Of a stretch of DNA of 64,000 nucleotides, positions 51,570 to 61,561 are shown one piece after another. The position numbers were made by a program, and so were the translations under genes. The notes beneath the pieces are model-generated. The model did not search any database and was not told where the DNA came from. It saw only the letters and a program-made list of their open reading frames with translations. Each line of letters begins with the position of its first letter. The stretch's first letter is position 1. The stretch is from Clostridia bacterium (GTDB lineage: Bacteria > Bacillota > Clostridia > TANB77 > CAG-508): assembly GCA_029258515.1 (NCBI GenBank), contig JARHYK010000019.1, positions 44,614 through 108,613 of the forward strand, given 5' to 3'.

Positions 51570-52667
51570 ATGAAATTAGGAATTGTAGGATTACCAAATG
51601 TAGGGAAAAGTACATTATTTAATAGCATAACAAAAGCAGGAGCTGAATGTGCAAATTATCCATTCTGTACAATAGAACCAAATGTAGGAGTTGTAGCAGT
51701 ACCAGATGAAAGATTAGATGAATTAACAAAAATGTATAAACCACAAAAAACAACACATGCTATAGTAGAATTTGTAGACATTGCAGGTTTAGTAAAAGGA
51801 GCAAGTAAAGGAGAAGGATTAGGAAATAAATTCTTATCGCATATAAGAGAAACAGATGCTATTGTAGAAGTTGTAAGATGTTTTGAAAATGATAATGTTG
51901 TTCATGTTGATGGAAATGTAAATCCGATAAGAGACATAGAAACAATTAATTTAGAATTGATATTTGCAGATATTGAAACTGTAAATAAAAGATTAGATAA
52001 AGCCAGAAAAAACTTAAAAGCTGATAAAAAATATCAAGTTGAAATTGATTTATTAGAAAAAATACTAAAAACACTAGAAGAAGGTAAATCAGCTAGAACA
52101 TTAGATTTTAATGAAGATGAACAAGTTCTAGTAAAAGACATGTTTTTACTTACAACAAAACCAATTTTATATATAGCAAACTTATCAGAAGAACAATTAC
52201 AAGATGCTAAAAATGATGAAAACTTTAAAAAAGTAGAAGAATATGCAAAAAATGAAAAAGCAGAAGTTATACCATTATGCGTAAAAATGGAAGAAGAATT
52301 ATCAGGATTAGATGATGAAGACAAAAAAGAAATGCTAGAAATGTACAATCTTGATGAATCAGGATTAGATAAAGTTGTTAAAAAAAGCTATAATTTATTA
52401 GGATTAATGTCATTTTTAACAGCTGGAGAGCCAGAAGTAAGAGCATGGACAATAAAAAAAGGAACAAAAGCACCTCAAGCTGCAGGAAAAATTCATACAG
52501 ATATAGAAAGAGGATTTATAAAAGCAGAAATTGTATCATACGAAGATTTAATAAAAGAAGGATCAATGTTAGCAGCAAAAGAGAAAGGACTAGTAAGACA
52601 AGAAGGAAAAGAATATATAATGCAAGATGGAGATATAGTATTATTTAAATTTAATGTAAGCAAATAA
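51570..52667 (+). CDS. ychF: Redox-regulated ATPase YchF
   Basis: GIVGLPNVGKSTLFN, ANYPFCTIEPN, GEGLGNKFL. Confidence 0.97.
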   Translation: MKLGIVGLPNVGKSTLFNSITKAGAECANYPFCTIEPNVGVVAVPDERLDELTKMYKPQKTTHAIVEFVDIAGLVKGASKGEGLGNKFLSHIRETDAIVEVVRCFENDNVVHVDGNVNPIRDIETINLELIFADIETVNKRLDKARKNLKADKKYQVEIDLLEKILKTLEEGKSARTLDFNEDEQVLVKDMFLLTTKPILYIANLSEEQLQDAKNDENFKKVEEYAKNEKAEVIPLCVKMEEELSGLDDEDKKEMLEMYNLDESGLDKVVKKSYNLLGLMSFLTAGEPEVRAWTIKKGTKAPQAAGKIHTDIERGFIKAEIVSYEDLIKEGSMLAAKEKGLVRQEGKEYIMQDGDIVLFKFNVSK

Positions 52668-52679
52668 TTTTTTGAATTT

Positions 52680-52696
52680 TGTAACAAAAATGTAAT
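52680..52696 (+). promoter_or_regulatory. WalR-type box upstream of LPXTG gene
   Basis: TGTAAC-AAAAA-TGTAAT, shortly before TTGACA at 52716. Confidence 0.45.
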
Positions 52697-52865
52697 ATTA
52701 AATTTAAAAAAATACTTGACATCATTTAAAAGAAAGTATAAAATATAAATAGATAAACAAATGAAAGTTTTATTAGTGTGACTTGCAAATAAATAATAAC
52801 TATGGTATAATATTATAAGTTTTGAGAAATACTAATAAAAACATAAAAAATAAGGAGAGAAGAAT

Positions 52866-53267
52866 ATGAAAAATTCAAAATTAGTAAAATTATTATTAGT
52901 AACATTAATGGTAGCAATGATAGGAATTATAGGAACAGAAGTATTTGCTGCAGAGGGAGAAAATTATGATGACTTACAACAATTATTAAATAATACGACA
53001 TCTAATAATGGCACAACAGCAAACAACACAACAGCAAGCAATACAACATCAAACAACACAACAAATAACACAGCTAAAAATAATTCCACATTAAATACAA
53101 GTGCAATTACAAATAGTAGTGCTACTAATAATGTAAATAATACAACAAATACAGCATTACCAAAAACAGGAGTAGAAAGCTCAACAGGAATGATTGTTTT
53201 AATCACAGTTTGTGGAATATCAGCAATATATGCATTTAAAAAAATAAGAGATTATAAAAGTTTATAA
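52866..53267 (+). CDS. Small Asn/Thr-rich sortase (LPXTG) anchored surface protein
   Basis: Signal peptide ending VFA, low-complexity N/T region, LPKTG plus TM plus basic tail. Confidence 0.88.
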   Translation: MKNSKLVKLLLVTLMVAMIGIIGTEVFAAEGENYDDLQQLLNNTTSNNGTTANNTTASNTTSNNTTNNTAKNNSTLNTSAITNSSATNNVNNTTNTALPKTGVESSTGMIVLITVCGISAIYAFKKIRDYKSL

Positions 53268-53282
53268 TATAACCAATTAAAA

Positions 53283-53513
53283 AGCAAAGTATTATTAGTA
53301 AAAATATTTATACAGAGAAAATGATAATTGCTGAGAATCATTTAAATATACTAATAAGAAATTTCACTTTTTAGGTCTTCTTTTGAAAAAAGATTAGAAA
53401 GAAGCGGAGAAGTCCGTTAAAGCTATATAAGATTAATTATATTATTAATGAATTTAGGTGGTACCACGGAACATATCCATTTCGTCCTATATATAGGCGA
53501 AATGGATTTTTTT
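53283..53513 (+). promoter_or_regulatory. T-box riboswitch (Phe)
   Basis: AGAGA and GCTGAG stem I motifs, specifier TTC, T-box AGGTGGTACCACGG, terminator ATCCATTTCG/CGAAATGGAT plus T tract. Confidence 0.92.
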
Positions 53514-53561
53514 GGTATTAATAAAAAATAAAAAAATAAGATTAAATAGGAGGATAATAAT

Positions 53562-54581
53562 ATGAAAGAAGAAATTGAGAAAATTAGGAAAGAAGCAATA
53601 GAAGAAATTGAAAAAATTCAAAGTACAAGTGAATTAAATGAAACAAAAGTAAAATATTTAGGTAAAAAAGGAAGTCTAACAAAAACATTAAAAAATATGG
53701 GAAATTTATCAGCAGAAGAAAGACCAATTATTGGAAAATTAGCAAATGAAGTAAGAGATATGCTAGAAGAAAAATTTACTAGTAAAGAAAAAGAAATAAA
53801 ACAACAAGAATTACAAAAAAGATTAGAAACAGAAAATATAGATGTAACAGAACCAAGTAAAAAAAGTAAATTAGGATCAATACATCCAATAACTAAAATA
53901 ATAAAAGAAGTAGAAGAAATATTTTTAGGAATGGGCTATAAAATTGAAGATGGACCAGAAGTAGAAAAAACATACTACAATTTTGATCAATTAAATGCAC
54001 CTAAAGACCATCCATCAAGAGATTTACAAGATACATTCTATATCACAGAAAATATAATCTTAAGAAGTCAAACATCACCAGTACAAGCAAGGGTTATGGA
54101 AAATGAAAATCCACCAATTAAAATAATATGTCCAGGAACTGTATATCGTTCAGATGAAGTGGATGCAACACATTCACCAGTATTTCACCAAATAGAAGGT
54201 CTAGTAATAGATAAAAATGTATCAATGTCAGATTTAAAAGGAACATTAGAAATGTTTGCTAAAAAATGTTTAGGTGAAAATACAAAAATAAGATTTAGAC
54301 CACACCATTTTCCATTTACAGAACCTTCAGCAGAAGCAGATGTATCATGCTTTGTATGTGGAGGAAAAGGTTGTAAAGTATGTAAAGGAGAAGGTTGGAT
54401 AGAACTATTAGGTTGTGGAATGGTACATCCAAACGTATTAAGAAACTGTGGAATAGACCCAGATGTATATTCAGGATTTGCTTTTGGATTTGGTGTAGAA
54501 AGAATAGCAATGGCAAAATACGGAATAGAAGATATGAGATTACTATATGAAAATGATGTAAGATTTTTAAAACAATTTTAG
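53562..54581 (+). CDS. pheS: Phenylalanine--tRNA ligase alpha
   Basis: [32 protein letters not shown]. Confidence 0.97.
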   Translation: MKEEIEKIRKEAIEEIEKIQSTSELNETKVKYLGKKGSLTKTLKNMGNLSAEERPIIGKLANEVRDMLEEKFTSKEKEIKQQELQKRLETENIDVTEPSKKSKLGSIHPITKIIKEVEEIFLGMGYKIEDGPEVEKTYYNFDQLNAPKDHPSRDLQDTFYITENIILRSQTSPVQARVMENENPPIKIICPGTVYRSDEVDATHSPVFHQIEGLVIDKNVSMSDLKGTLEMFAKKCLGENTKIRFRPHHFPFTEPSAEADVSCFVCGGKGCKVCKGEGWIELLGCGMVHPNVLRNCGIDPDVYSGFAFGFGVERIAMAKYGIEDMRLLYENDVRFLKQF

Positions 54582-54604
54582 AAAATGAAAGGAAATGATA
54601 AAAA

Positions 54605-57043
54605 ATGAAAGCAAGTAGAGAATGGTTAGAAGAATACAGCGATATAGATGTAACAACTACTGAATTAGGAGACATCTTAACTATGATAGGACAAAAAGTA
54701 GAAACAATCGACGAACAAGGAAAAGATATAGAAAATGTAGTAGTTGGTAAAATATTAGAAATAAAAAAACATGAAGATTCAGATCATTTATTAATAACAA
54801 AAGTAAATGTTGGAACTGAAATTTTGCAAATAGTAACAGGTGCTCCAAATATTAAAGTTGGAGACATTGTGCCTATCGCTAAAGACGGTGCTAAACTACC
54901 AGGAGGAAAAGAAATAAAAAACGGAATGCTAAGAGGAGTAGAATCATCTGGAATGATGTGCTCTGTTGGAGAATTAGGAATAGGTCTAGATGAATACCCA
55001 AATCAAATAGAAGAAGGGATAATGATATTAGAAAGAAAAAATGAAGGGATAAAAATTTTACCAGAATCAAACTTAGAAGAAAAATTAGGAGAAAATATAG
55101 TTGATATATTAGAATTAAGAGAAGATATAATAGATTTTGAAATAACTCCTAATAGACCAGACTGTTTATCAATAGAAGGATTAGGAAGAGAAACAGCGAT
55201 AGGACTAGAAAAAGAATTCAAAAATCCTAGAAAAGACTTAGAAAAAATATCAGCTGAAGTTGAAAACAAAGAACAAATTGAAGGAATAACAGTAGAAGTA
55301 AAAGATGACTTATGCTATAGATACATTGCAAGAGTTGTAAAAAATATTAAAATAGGACCATCACCAAAGTGGCTAGTAAGAAGATTAAAGGCTTGCGGAA
55401 TAAGAAGTATTAATAATATTGTAGATATCACAAATTACGTTATGCTTGAATTAGGACAGCCAATGCATGCTTTTGATATGGAAAAAATAAATGGAAAACA
55501 TATAGAAGTAAGAAAAGCAAAAAAAGGCGAAAAAATAACAACATTAGATAAAGAAGAAAGAATATTAGATGAAGAAGATTTAGTAATAGCAGATGCAAAC
55601 AAACCACTAGCAATAGCAGGAGTAATTGGAGGAATAGATTCAGAGGTAACAGCTGAAACTAAAGAAATTGTATTTGAATCAGCAACATTTTATGGAGGAG
55701 CAATTAGAAAAGCTGGTAAAAGACATGGAATAAGAACAGAAAGCTTAGCTAGATTTGAAAAAGGATTATCACCTCAAAATGCTTTAAGGGCAATAAATAG
55801 AGCAGTTCAATTAGTAAAAATGCTAAAAATAGGTGAAGAAGTAGAAGGAAAAATTGATATATATAACAAAAAGCAAAAAGAAAACAATATAAGATTAGAA
55901 CCAGAAAAAATAAATAATCTATTAGGAACAAATATATCAAAAGAAGATATGATAAAGACATTAGAAAAACTAGAAATAAAAGTAGAAAAAGACATACTAA
56001 CACCACCATACTTTAGACAAGATATTGAACAAAGAGCAGATATTGCAGAAGAAATAGTTAGAGTTTATGGATATGATAAATTAGCAACAACATTTTTAAG
56101 TGCAGAAACAACAATAGGAGTAAAAACAAAACAACAAAAAATTGAAGATAAAATATTAACAACATTACAAAACAGTGGACTATCAGAAATATATACTTAT
56201 GGTTTTATAAATGAAAAAGAATTAGATAAAGCAAATATATCAGAAGAATTAAAAAAATTATCAATATGTATAATGAACCCATTAAATGATGATTATAAAT
56301 ATATGAGACCAACAACAATACCAAGTATGTTATCAACAATATTAACAAATATAAATAACAAAAACAAAGAAGCATATTTGTTTGATATATCAAGAAGATA
56401 TCAAAATATTGGTGAAGAAATAGAAAAAGGGGAAGTACCACAAGAAGAAAAAATACTAACAATAGGAATGTATGGAGAAAATGTAGATTTCTACATCGTA
56501 AAAGGATATATAGAAAATATATTAGAACAAATTGGAGTAATGAATTATGACATCGAAAAAGAAAAAGAAAATAAATCATATCATCCAGGAAGATGTGCAA
56601 ATCTAAAAGTAGGAAGAGATAAAATAGTAACATTGGGAGAGGTTCACCCAGAAGTGTTACAAAACTATGGAATAAAACAAAGAATATATATAGCAGAACT
56701 AAATATAACAAAAGTTACAAAATATGCAAAAGAAGTAAAAAAATATGTAGAAGTACCCAAATATCCAGCAATAGAAAGAGATTTAGCAATAATAGTTAAT
56801 GAAGAAATAGAAGTAGGAGAAATAGAAAAAATAATAACTAAAAAAGCTAAAAAATTACTAGAAAGCATTGAACTATTTGACATATATAGAAATGAAAAAA
56901 TAGGAGAAAATAAAAAGAGTGTTGCATATGCACTAAAATTCAGAGACAAAAATAAAACATTACAAGATGAAGAAATAAACCCAATAATAGAAAACATACT
57001 AGCAGAAATAAAGAATAAATTAGGAGCCGAATTAAGAAAATAA
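54605..57043 (+). CDS. pheT: Phenylalanine--tRNA ligase beta
   Basis: TPNRPDCLS, VDITNYVMLELGQPMHAFD, FDX-ACB C-terminus. Confidence 0.97.
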   Translation: MKASREWLEEYSDIDVTTTELGDILTMIGQKVETIDEQGKDIENVVVGKILEIKKHEDSDHLLITKVNVGTEILQIVTGAPNIKVGDIVPIAKDGAKLPGGKEIKNGMLRGVESSGMMCSVGELGIGLDEYPNQIEEGIMILERKNEGIKILPESNLEEKLGENIVDILELREDIIDFEITPNRPDCLSIEGLGRETAIGLEKEFKNPRKDLEKISAEVENKEQIEGITVEVKDDLCYRYIARVVKNIKIGPSPKWLVRRLKACGIRSINNIVDITNYVMLELGQPMHAFDMEKINGKHIEVRKAKKGEKITTLDKEERILDEEDLVIADANKPLAIAGVIGGIDSEVTAETKEIVFESATFYGGAIRKAGKRHGIRTESLARFEKGLSPQNALRAINRAVQLVKMLKIGEEVEGKIDIYNKKQKENNIRLEPEKINNLLGTNISKEDMIKTLEKLEIKVEKDILTPPYFRQDIEQRADIAEEIVRVYGYDKLATTFLSAETTIGVKTKQQKIEDKILTTLQNSGLSEIYTYGFINEKELDKANISEELKKLSICIMNPLNDDYKYMRPTTIPSMLSTILTNINNKNKEAYLFDISRRYQNIGEEIEKGEVPQEEKILTIGMYGENVDFYIVKGYIENILEQIGVMNYDIEKEKENKSYHPGRCANLKVGRDKIVTLGEVHPEVLQNYGIKQRIYIAELNITKVTKYAKEVKKYVEVPKYPAIERDLAIIVNEEIEVGEIEKIITKKAKKLLESIELFDIYRNEKIGENKKSVAYALKFRDKNKTLQDEEINPIIENILAEIKNKLGAELRK

Positions 57044-57055
57044 AAAGAAATATAC

Positions 57056-57104
57056 TAATAGTTTGGATATAAAACTTTGAAAGTTCTATGTTCAAACTAT
57101 TTTT
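57056..57104 (+). terminator. Terminator after pheT
   Basis: AATAGTTTGGATATA / TATGTTCAAACTATT plus T tract. Confidence 0.65.
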
Positions 57105-57271
57105 GTGTAAAAAATATATTGTTATACATGTATGTAAACTTCAAAATTGCTTAATTAAGTATTTGTAAAAGAATTTTTAACTTTTTAAAGTCATAATTTA
57201 ATATAAAACTGAATAAAAATGTAATATCAAAATATGAAAGGAGAGCATGATATAAAATATCATGAAATAAA

Positions 57272-57649
57272 ATGGAAGAAAAAGGAAAACAAAATATAAT
57301 ACAAATAGTTAAAGGTGTATGTATATCAATATTAATAACTTTAATACTTTTATTAATATATTCAGCAATTTTAACATATACAAAAGTGTCAGAAATAACA
57401 ATACACCCAGTAATTATAACAATAACAGGAATAAGTATACTAATAGGAAGTATGCTAGCAAATAGAAAAATGAGTAAAAACGGTATGTTAAATGGAGGAA
57501 TAATTGGTGGAATATACATATTAACCTTTTATTTAAGTTCTAGTGTACTAAATAATGACTTTTCATTAAATATGTATTCAATTATAATGATAGCAATTTC
57601 AGTTATTTTAGGAATGATAGGAGGAATAATAGGAATAAATAAAAAATAA
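57272..57649 (+). CDS. TIGR04086/YrzE-like 4-TM membrane protein
   Basis: KNGMLNGGIIG and GMIGGIIGIN motifs. Confidence 0.75.
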   Translation: MEEKGKQNIIQIVKGVCISILITLILLLIYSAILTYTKVSEITIHPVIITITGISILIGSMLANRKMSKNGMLNGGIIGGIYILTFYLSSSVLNNDFSLNMYSIIMIAISVILGMIGGIIGINKK

Positions 57650-57697
57650 TCAAACACTTGAAATATAAAGAAAAAATAAAGTATTAAAACAATTAAA

Positions 57698-57780
57698 TGT
57701 CGGAAAATGTCAAAATATGCGATGAAAAGTACCTTTAAAAGTATTGACAAATAAAAATTATGTCAATATAATAAAGGTAC
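57698..57780 (+). promoter_or_regulatory. Consensus sigmaA promoter inside a long palindrome, with upstream Spo0A-like boxes
   Basis: TTGACA(57744)-17nt-TATAAT(57767); arms GTACCTTTA..TATTGACA / TGTCAATA..TAAAGGTAC; TGTCGGA and TGTCAAA at 10-nt spacing. Confidence 0.65.
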
Positions 57781-57889
57781 ATTTTTAAGTTATTTATAAT
57801 TCTAAATCGATAAAATTTTTATCAAAAGATTTTTTAATCTAAACAATTTCCAAAAAACAAGAAAATAAAAAAATAAGGAGGAATATAAT

Positions 57890-58477
57890 TTGAATAAAAA
57901 AAAGATAGTACTAGCAGTAATAGTTCTAGTAGCATTAATTGTATCATTTATAGGAGGACAAACATATTCAAAATACATAACAGAAGTAAAAGGACAAGGA
58001 GTAGCAGAAGTTGCAACATGGAATTTTAAAGTAAATGGAGAAACAGAAAATCTAAAACAAGTTATAAATTTAAAATCAACCGTAAATAATGAAACATTAG
58101 TAAATAACAAAATAGCACCTGGAACAAAAGGAAACTTTGCAATAAAATTAGATGCAACAGGAACAGAAGTTGGTATAAAATATGATATTACAGCCAAAAA
58201 CCAAGTAAACAAACCAACAAATTTAAAATTTACAAGTAATGGGAAAATATATGATAATTTGGAACAATTACTAGGAGAAGCGGGAGGAATAATAAATGCA
58301 AATGATCCAAACAAAGTAAAACAAATACAAATAGCGTGGGAATGGAAATATGAAACAGGAGAAAATCCAAGTCAAATAGGTCAAAATGATAAAATAGACA
58401 CACAAAATGGTATAACAGCAGAAAATTTTACATTTGAAATCTATGTAACAGGAACACAAATAATGCCAAATGCATAA
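57890..58477 (+). CDS. SipW-type signal peptide protein (TasA/CalY-like fibre subunit)
   Basis: Signal peptide ending GGQTYSKY, IAPGTKG motif, WEWKYE; adjacent to SipW. Confidence 0.65.
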   Translation: MNKKKIVLAVIVLVALIVSFIGGQTYSKYITEVKGQGVAEVATWNFKVNGETENLKQVINLKSTVNNETLVNNKIAPGTKGNFAIKLDATGTEVGIKYDITAKNQVNKPTNLKFTSNGKIYDNLEQLLGEAGGIINANDPNKVKQIQIAWEWKYETGENPSQIGQNDKIDTQNGITAENFTFEIYVTGTQIMPNA

Positions 58478-58847
58478 TAAAAAAATTTTAATTCTTACAA
58501 TTTTAATATCTATAATAATTATATCAAATAAGTTTTTTCTAAAAGAAAATAAGCCATTGGGATTTACCATCTTAAAAATAGCATCAAACAGCATGATGCC
58601 AACATTCAAAAAAGGAGATTTTATATTAATAAAAAAACAAAAAGAATATAAAATAGGAGATATTATAACATATGAAGTTAATGAAAACAATAAAAAATAT
58701 TTAGTCACACATAGAATTATAAATAAAGAAAAAAATGAATATATAACGAAAGGAGATGCTAATAACAAAGAAGATTTAGAAAAAATAACAGAAAATGAAA
58801 TAAAAGGAAAAATATTTTATATCCTAAAAATCCCTTTTAATAAATAA
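58470..58847 (+). CDS. sipW: Signal peptidase I, SipW/ER-type (S26B)
   Basis: SNSMMPT..KGD, VTHRI, TKGDANN..D (Ser-His type). Confidence 0.85.
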   Translation: MHNKKILILTILISIIIISNKFFLKENKPLGFTILKIASNSMMPTFKKGDFILIKKQKEYKIGDIITYEVNENNKKYLVTHRIINKEKNEYITKGDANNKEDLEKITENEIKGKIFYILKIPFNK

Positions 58848-58887
58848 TATAAAAGGAATTTATTCAAAAATTAAAAAAGGAGATTGT

Positions 58888-59400
58888 ATGAGAAAAATTA
58901 AAATAAGAAATTTGAAAAGTATAACATATATAACAATAATATTTATTGTATTAATACTATTTTTAACAGGAGCTAGTTTTGGGAAAAGCATTAATACAAT
59001 ACTAATAAAATATAAAGGTGACATAGCAAAACCAATATTGGAAGTAAGATCAGACCCAGCACTAGATATTATAGACACAAAAACAGAAGGTATATATAAC
59101 TTTTATGTAAGAAACTATGATGAAAACGGAAAAATATCAGATGTAAAAGTGAAATACATGCTTGAAATAAAAGATAATATACATAGCAAATTAAAAAATA
59201 CAATAAGTTATGAATTATACAAAAACAACCAAAAAATAGAAATGTTAAATAACGTAACTAATATGATGGAAATACCTAATAACAAATTACAAGAAGATAA
59301 ATATCAATTAAAAATAAAATATGATAAAAATGCAAGCAGATATATGAAAGATATATTAGATAAAATACAGATAAAAATACATTCGGAACAAGTAAAATGA
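58888..59400 (+). CDS. Secreted SipW-cluster protein
   Basis: Signal peptide ending GASFGK, IAKPILEV, YNFYVRNY. Confidence 0.55.
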   Translation: MRKIKIRNLKSITYITIIFIVLILFLTGASFGKSINTILIKYKGDIAKPILEVRSDPALDIIDTKTEGIYNFYVRNYDENGKISDVKVKYMLEIKDNIHSKLKNTISYELYKNNQKIEMLNNVTNMMEIPNNKLQEDKYQLKIKYDKNASRYMKDILDKIQIKIHSEQVK

Positions 59401-59421
59401 ACATAAAAAGGAGAAAAAACA

Positions 59422-60030
59422 ATGAAAATTAATAAAAAAAATATAAAATTGATAGAAATATTAATTTCAATCATTTTAATATTTCTCATTTTTTTAGCAC
59501 AACCTAAAAATAAATCTAATAATCTTTATCAAGACATTTTATTTTTGAAACTTTTTAAAGCTACAAATGAAAAAGAAAATATAACAAAAGAGTCAAAAGA
59601 AAAAATAAAGCAGTATAAATTTAATGTTAAATATAATAATATGAACTTTAAAAATATAAATTTAATAGAAACAATAAATAAAAAAACGTTAATAAATGAA
59701 AAAATAGCTCCAGGAGTTGAAGGAACATTTCAAATAATATTAGATACAAATGAAGACACAAACTATTTTATCGAATTCAAAAGTGAAAATTCAAAACCTA
59801 AAAATTTGAAATTTGAAAACGTAGAAAATAAAAAGCTTAAAAACAATATAGAAGAGTTAAACAGCGAATTAAAAGGGAAAATCAAAAAAGATGAGCAAAA
59901 AATAATAACAATACATTGGTTTTGGAATTATGAAAATAGTAAAATAGAAGACAATCAAGATACACTAGATAGTAAAAATATAAAAAATTATAAATTCACT
60001 ATACATGCATATGGTAAAAATATAATCTAA
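59422..60030 (+). CDS. Secreted paralogue of the 57890 protein
   Basis: Shared TL.N.KIAPG..G.F.I.LD, KP.NLKF, W.W.YE, DT motifs. Confidence 0.65.
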   Translation: MKINKKNIKLIEILISIILIFLIFLAQPKNKSNNLYQDILFLKLFKATNEKENITKESKEKIKQYKFNVKYNNMNFKNINLIETINKKTLINEKIAPGVEGTFQIILDTNEDTNYFIEFKSENSKPKNLKFENVENKKLKNNIEELNSELKGKIKKDEQKIITIHWFWNYENSKIEDNQDTLDSKNIKNYKFTIHAYGKNII

Positions 60031-60044
60031 TATGGAGGAATAAT

Positions 60045-60554
60045 ATGAAGAAAAAAATAATGATTGCAATATTTATATTTATATTTATATACATAAGTTT
60101 AATTACCTCCAATACATATGCTAAATACGTAATAACTAAAGACTTACAAGTAGCAAACATAAATTTAGATAGAACCAAACCTAAATTAATATATTTGGAT
60201 ATAAATGATATAATAGTATATAATACACCAGAAGGCAAAAAATATGACGTATCATTTGGAATGAAAGTGCAAGAAAAAAATATAGCAAAAGATGAAATAA
60301 GAAAAGATAAAATAAAAACATGGGTAGATAATGTAGAAAGAAAAGTAAATATAAATATAACAGAAACAAATCATACAAAAGAAGAACATATTTTTAACAT
60401 AGAAGTAAAAGGAATATCAGGAAAAGGATATTTGAAATTAGAATTTTTAGAAGGTGCTATCGAAGATAAAGCAGGATGGCAAAATAGTAAAAATACAGTT
60501 GATTTAAAACTAGCAATAGATAATATAGAAATTGTAAAAAATAAAGAAATATAA
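60045..60554 (+). CDS. Secreted SipW-cluster protein with Ig-like domain
   Basis: Signal peptide ending NTYAKY, DRTKP, DKAGW.NS. Confidence 0.55.
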   Translation: MKKKIMIAIFIFIFIYISLITSNTYAKYVITKDLQVANINLDRTKPKLIYLDINDIIVYNTPEGKKYDVSFGMKVQEKNIAKDEIRKDKIKTWVDNVERKVNINITETNHTKEEHIFNIEVKGISGKGYLKLEFLEGAIEDKAGWQNSKNTVDLKLAIDNIEIVKNKEI

Positions 60555-60629
60555 TATCAAAAATAACAGAATATAAAATAAAAAAACACACATACTATAA
60601 GAAAAAGTGAAAGGAATATTTTAAATAGT

Positions 60630-61508
60630 ATGAATAAAAAATTTACAATAGTAGGTGGAGATTTAAGAACAATAAAATTAGCTAAAATGCTTGCAAATGA
60701 AAACAATATAGTATATACTTATGGTCTAGAAAAGGCAGAAGAATTAAAAGGAATAACTAATATTATATTTTGTGAAAAACTAGCAGAAGCGGTAAAGGAA
60801 ACAGAGATAATACTAGGGCCAATACCATATTCAAGTGATGGTATAAATATAAATATGCCATTTAGTGAAAAGAAGCTTAGTATAAGAGAATTAATGCATA
60901 TATTAAATGCAAAAATACTTATAGCAGGTTCAATAACACCAGAAGTATATGAGTTAGCAAATGATGAATATATAGAAATAATAGATATAATGAAAAGAGA
61001 AGAACTTGCGGTATTAAATACAATAGCAACAGCAGAAGGAACAATAGAATTAGCAATAGCAAATACAAATAAAGTATTACATGGTAGTAACATATTAATA
61101 CTTGGATTTGGAAGAATAGGTAAGGTATTAGCAAGAAAATTAGCAGGATTATCAGCCAAAGTGACTTGTGCTGCAAGAAAAGAAGAAGATTTGGCTTGGA
61201 TTAAAGCATATGGACATATGGAAACGAATATAAATATATTAGGAAATAATCTTTCAAAATATGATATAATAATAAATACAGTACCACATATGATTTTGAC
61301 AGAAGAAAGATTAAATTACGTTAAAAAAGATTGTTTATTAATAGATTTAGCATCAAATCCAGGAGGAATAGATAAAAAAGTAGTAAAAAACAAAAACTTA
61401 AAATTAGTATGGGGCTTAGCGCTACCAGGAAAAGTAGCACCAACTACAACAGCAGAATTTATAAAAGACACGATATATAATATAATAAAAGAAATATATA
61501 AAGAATAA
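60630..61508 (+). CDS. dpsA: Dipicolinate synthase subunit A
   Basis: VGGDLR, N.IATAEG, LGFGRIGK, IDLASNPGG, LPGKVAP. Confidence 0.93.
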   Translation: MNKKFTIVGGDLRTIKLAKMLANENNIVYTYGLEKAEELKGITNIIFCEKLAEAVKETEIILGPIPYSSDGININMPFSEKKLSIRELMHILNAKILIAGSITPEVYELANDEYIEIIDIMKREELAVLNTIATAEGTIELAIANTNKVLHGSNILILGFGRIGKVLARKLAGLSAKVTCAARKEEDLAWIKAYGHMETNINILGNNLSKYDIIINTVPHMILTEERLNYVKKDCLLIDLASNPGGIDKKVVKNKNLKLVWGLALPGKVAPTTTAEFIKDTIYNIIKEIYKE

Positions 61509-61561
61509 CATCTAATTCGTTGCAAAATCTAAAATAAAACAAAAGAGAGGAAGAAGAAAAT

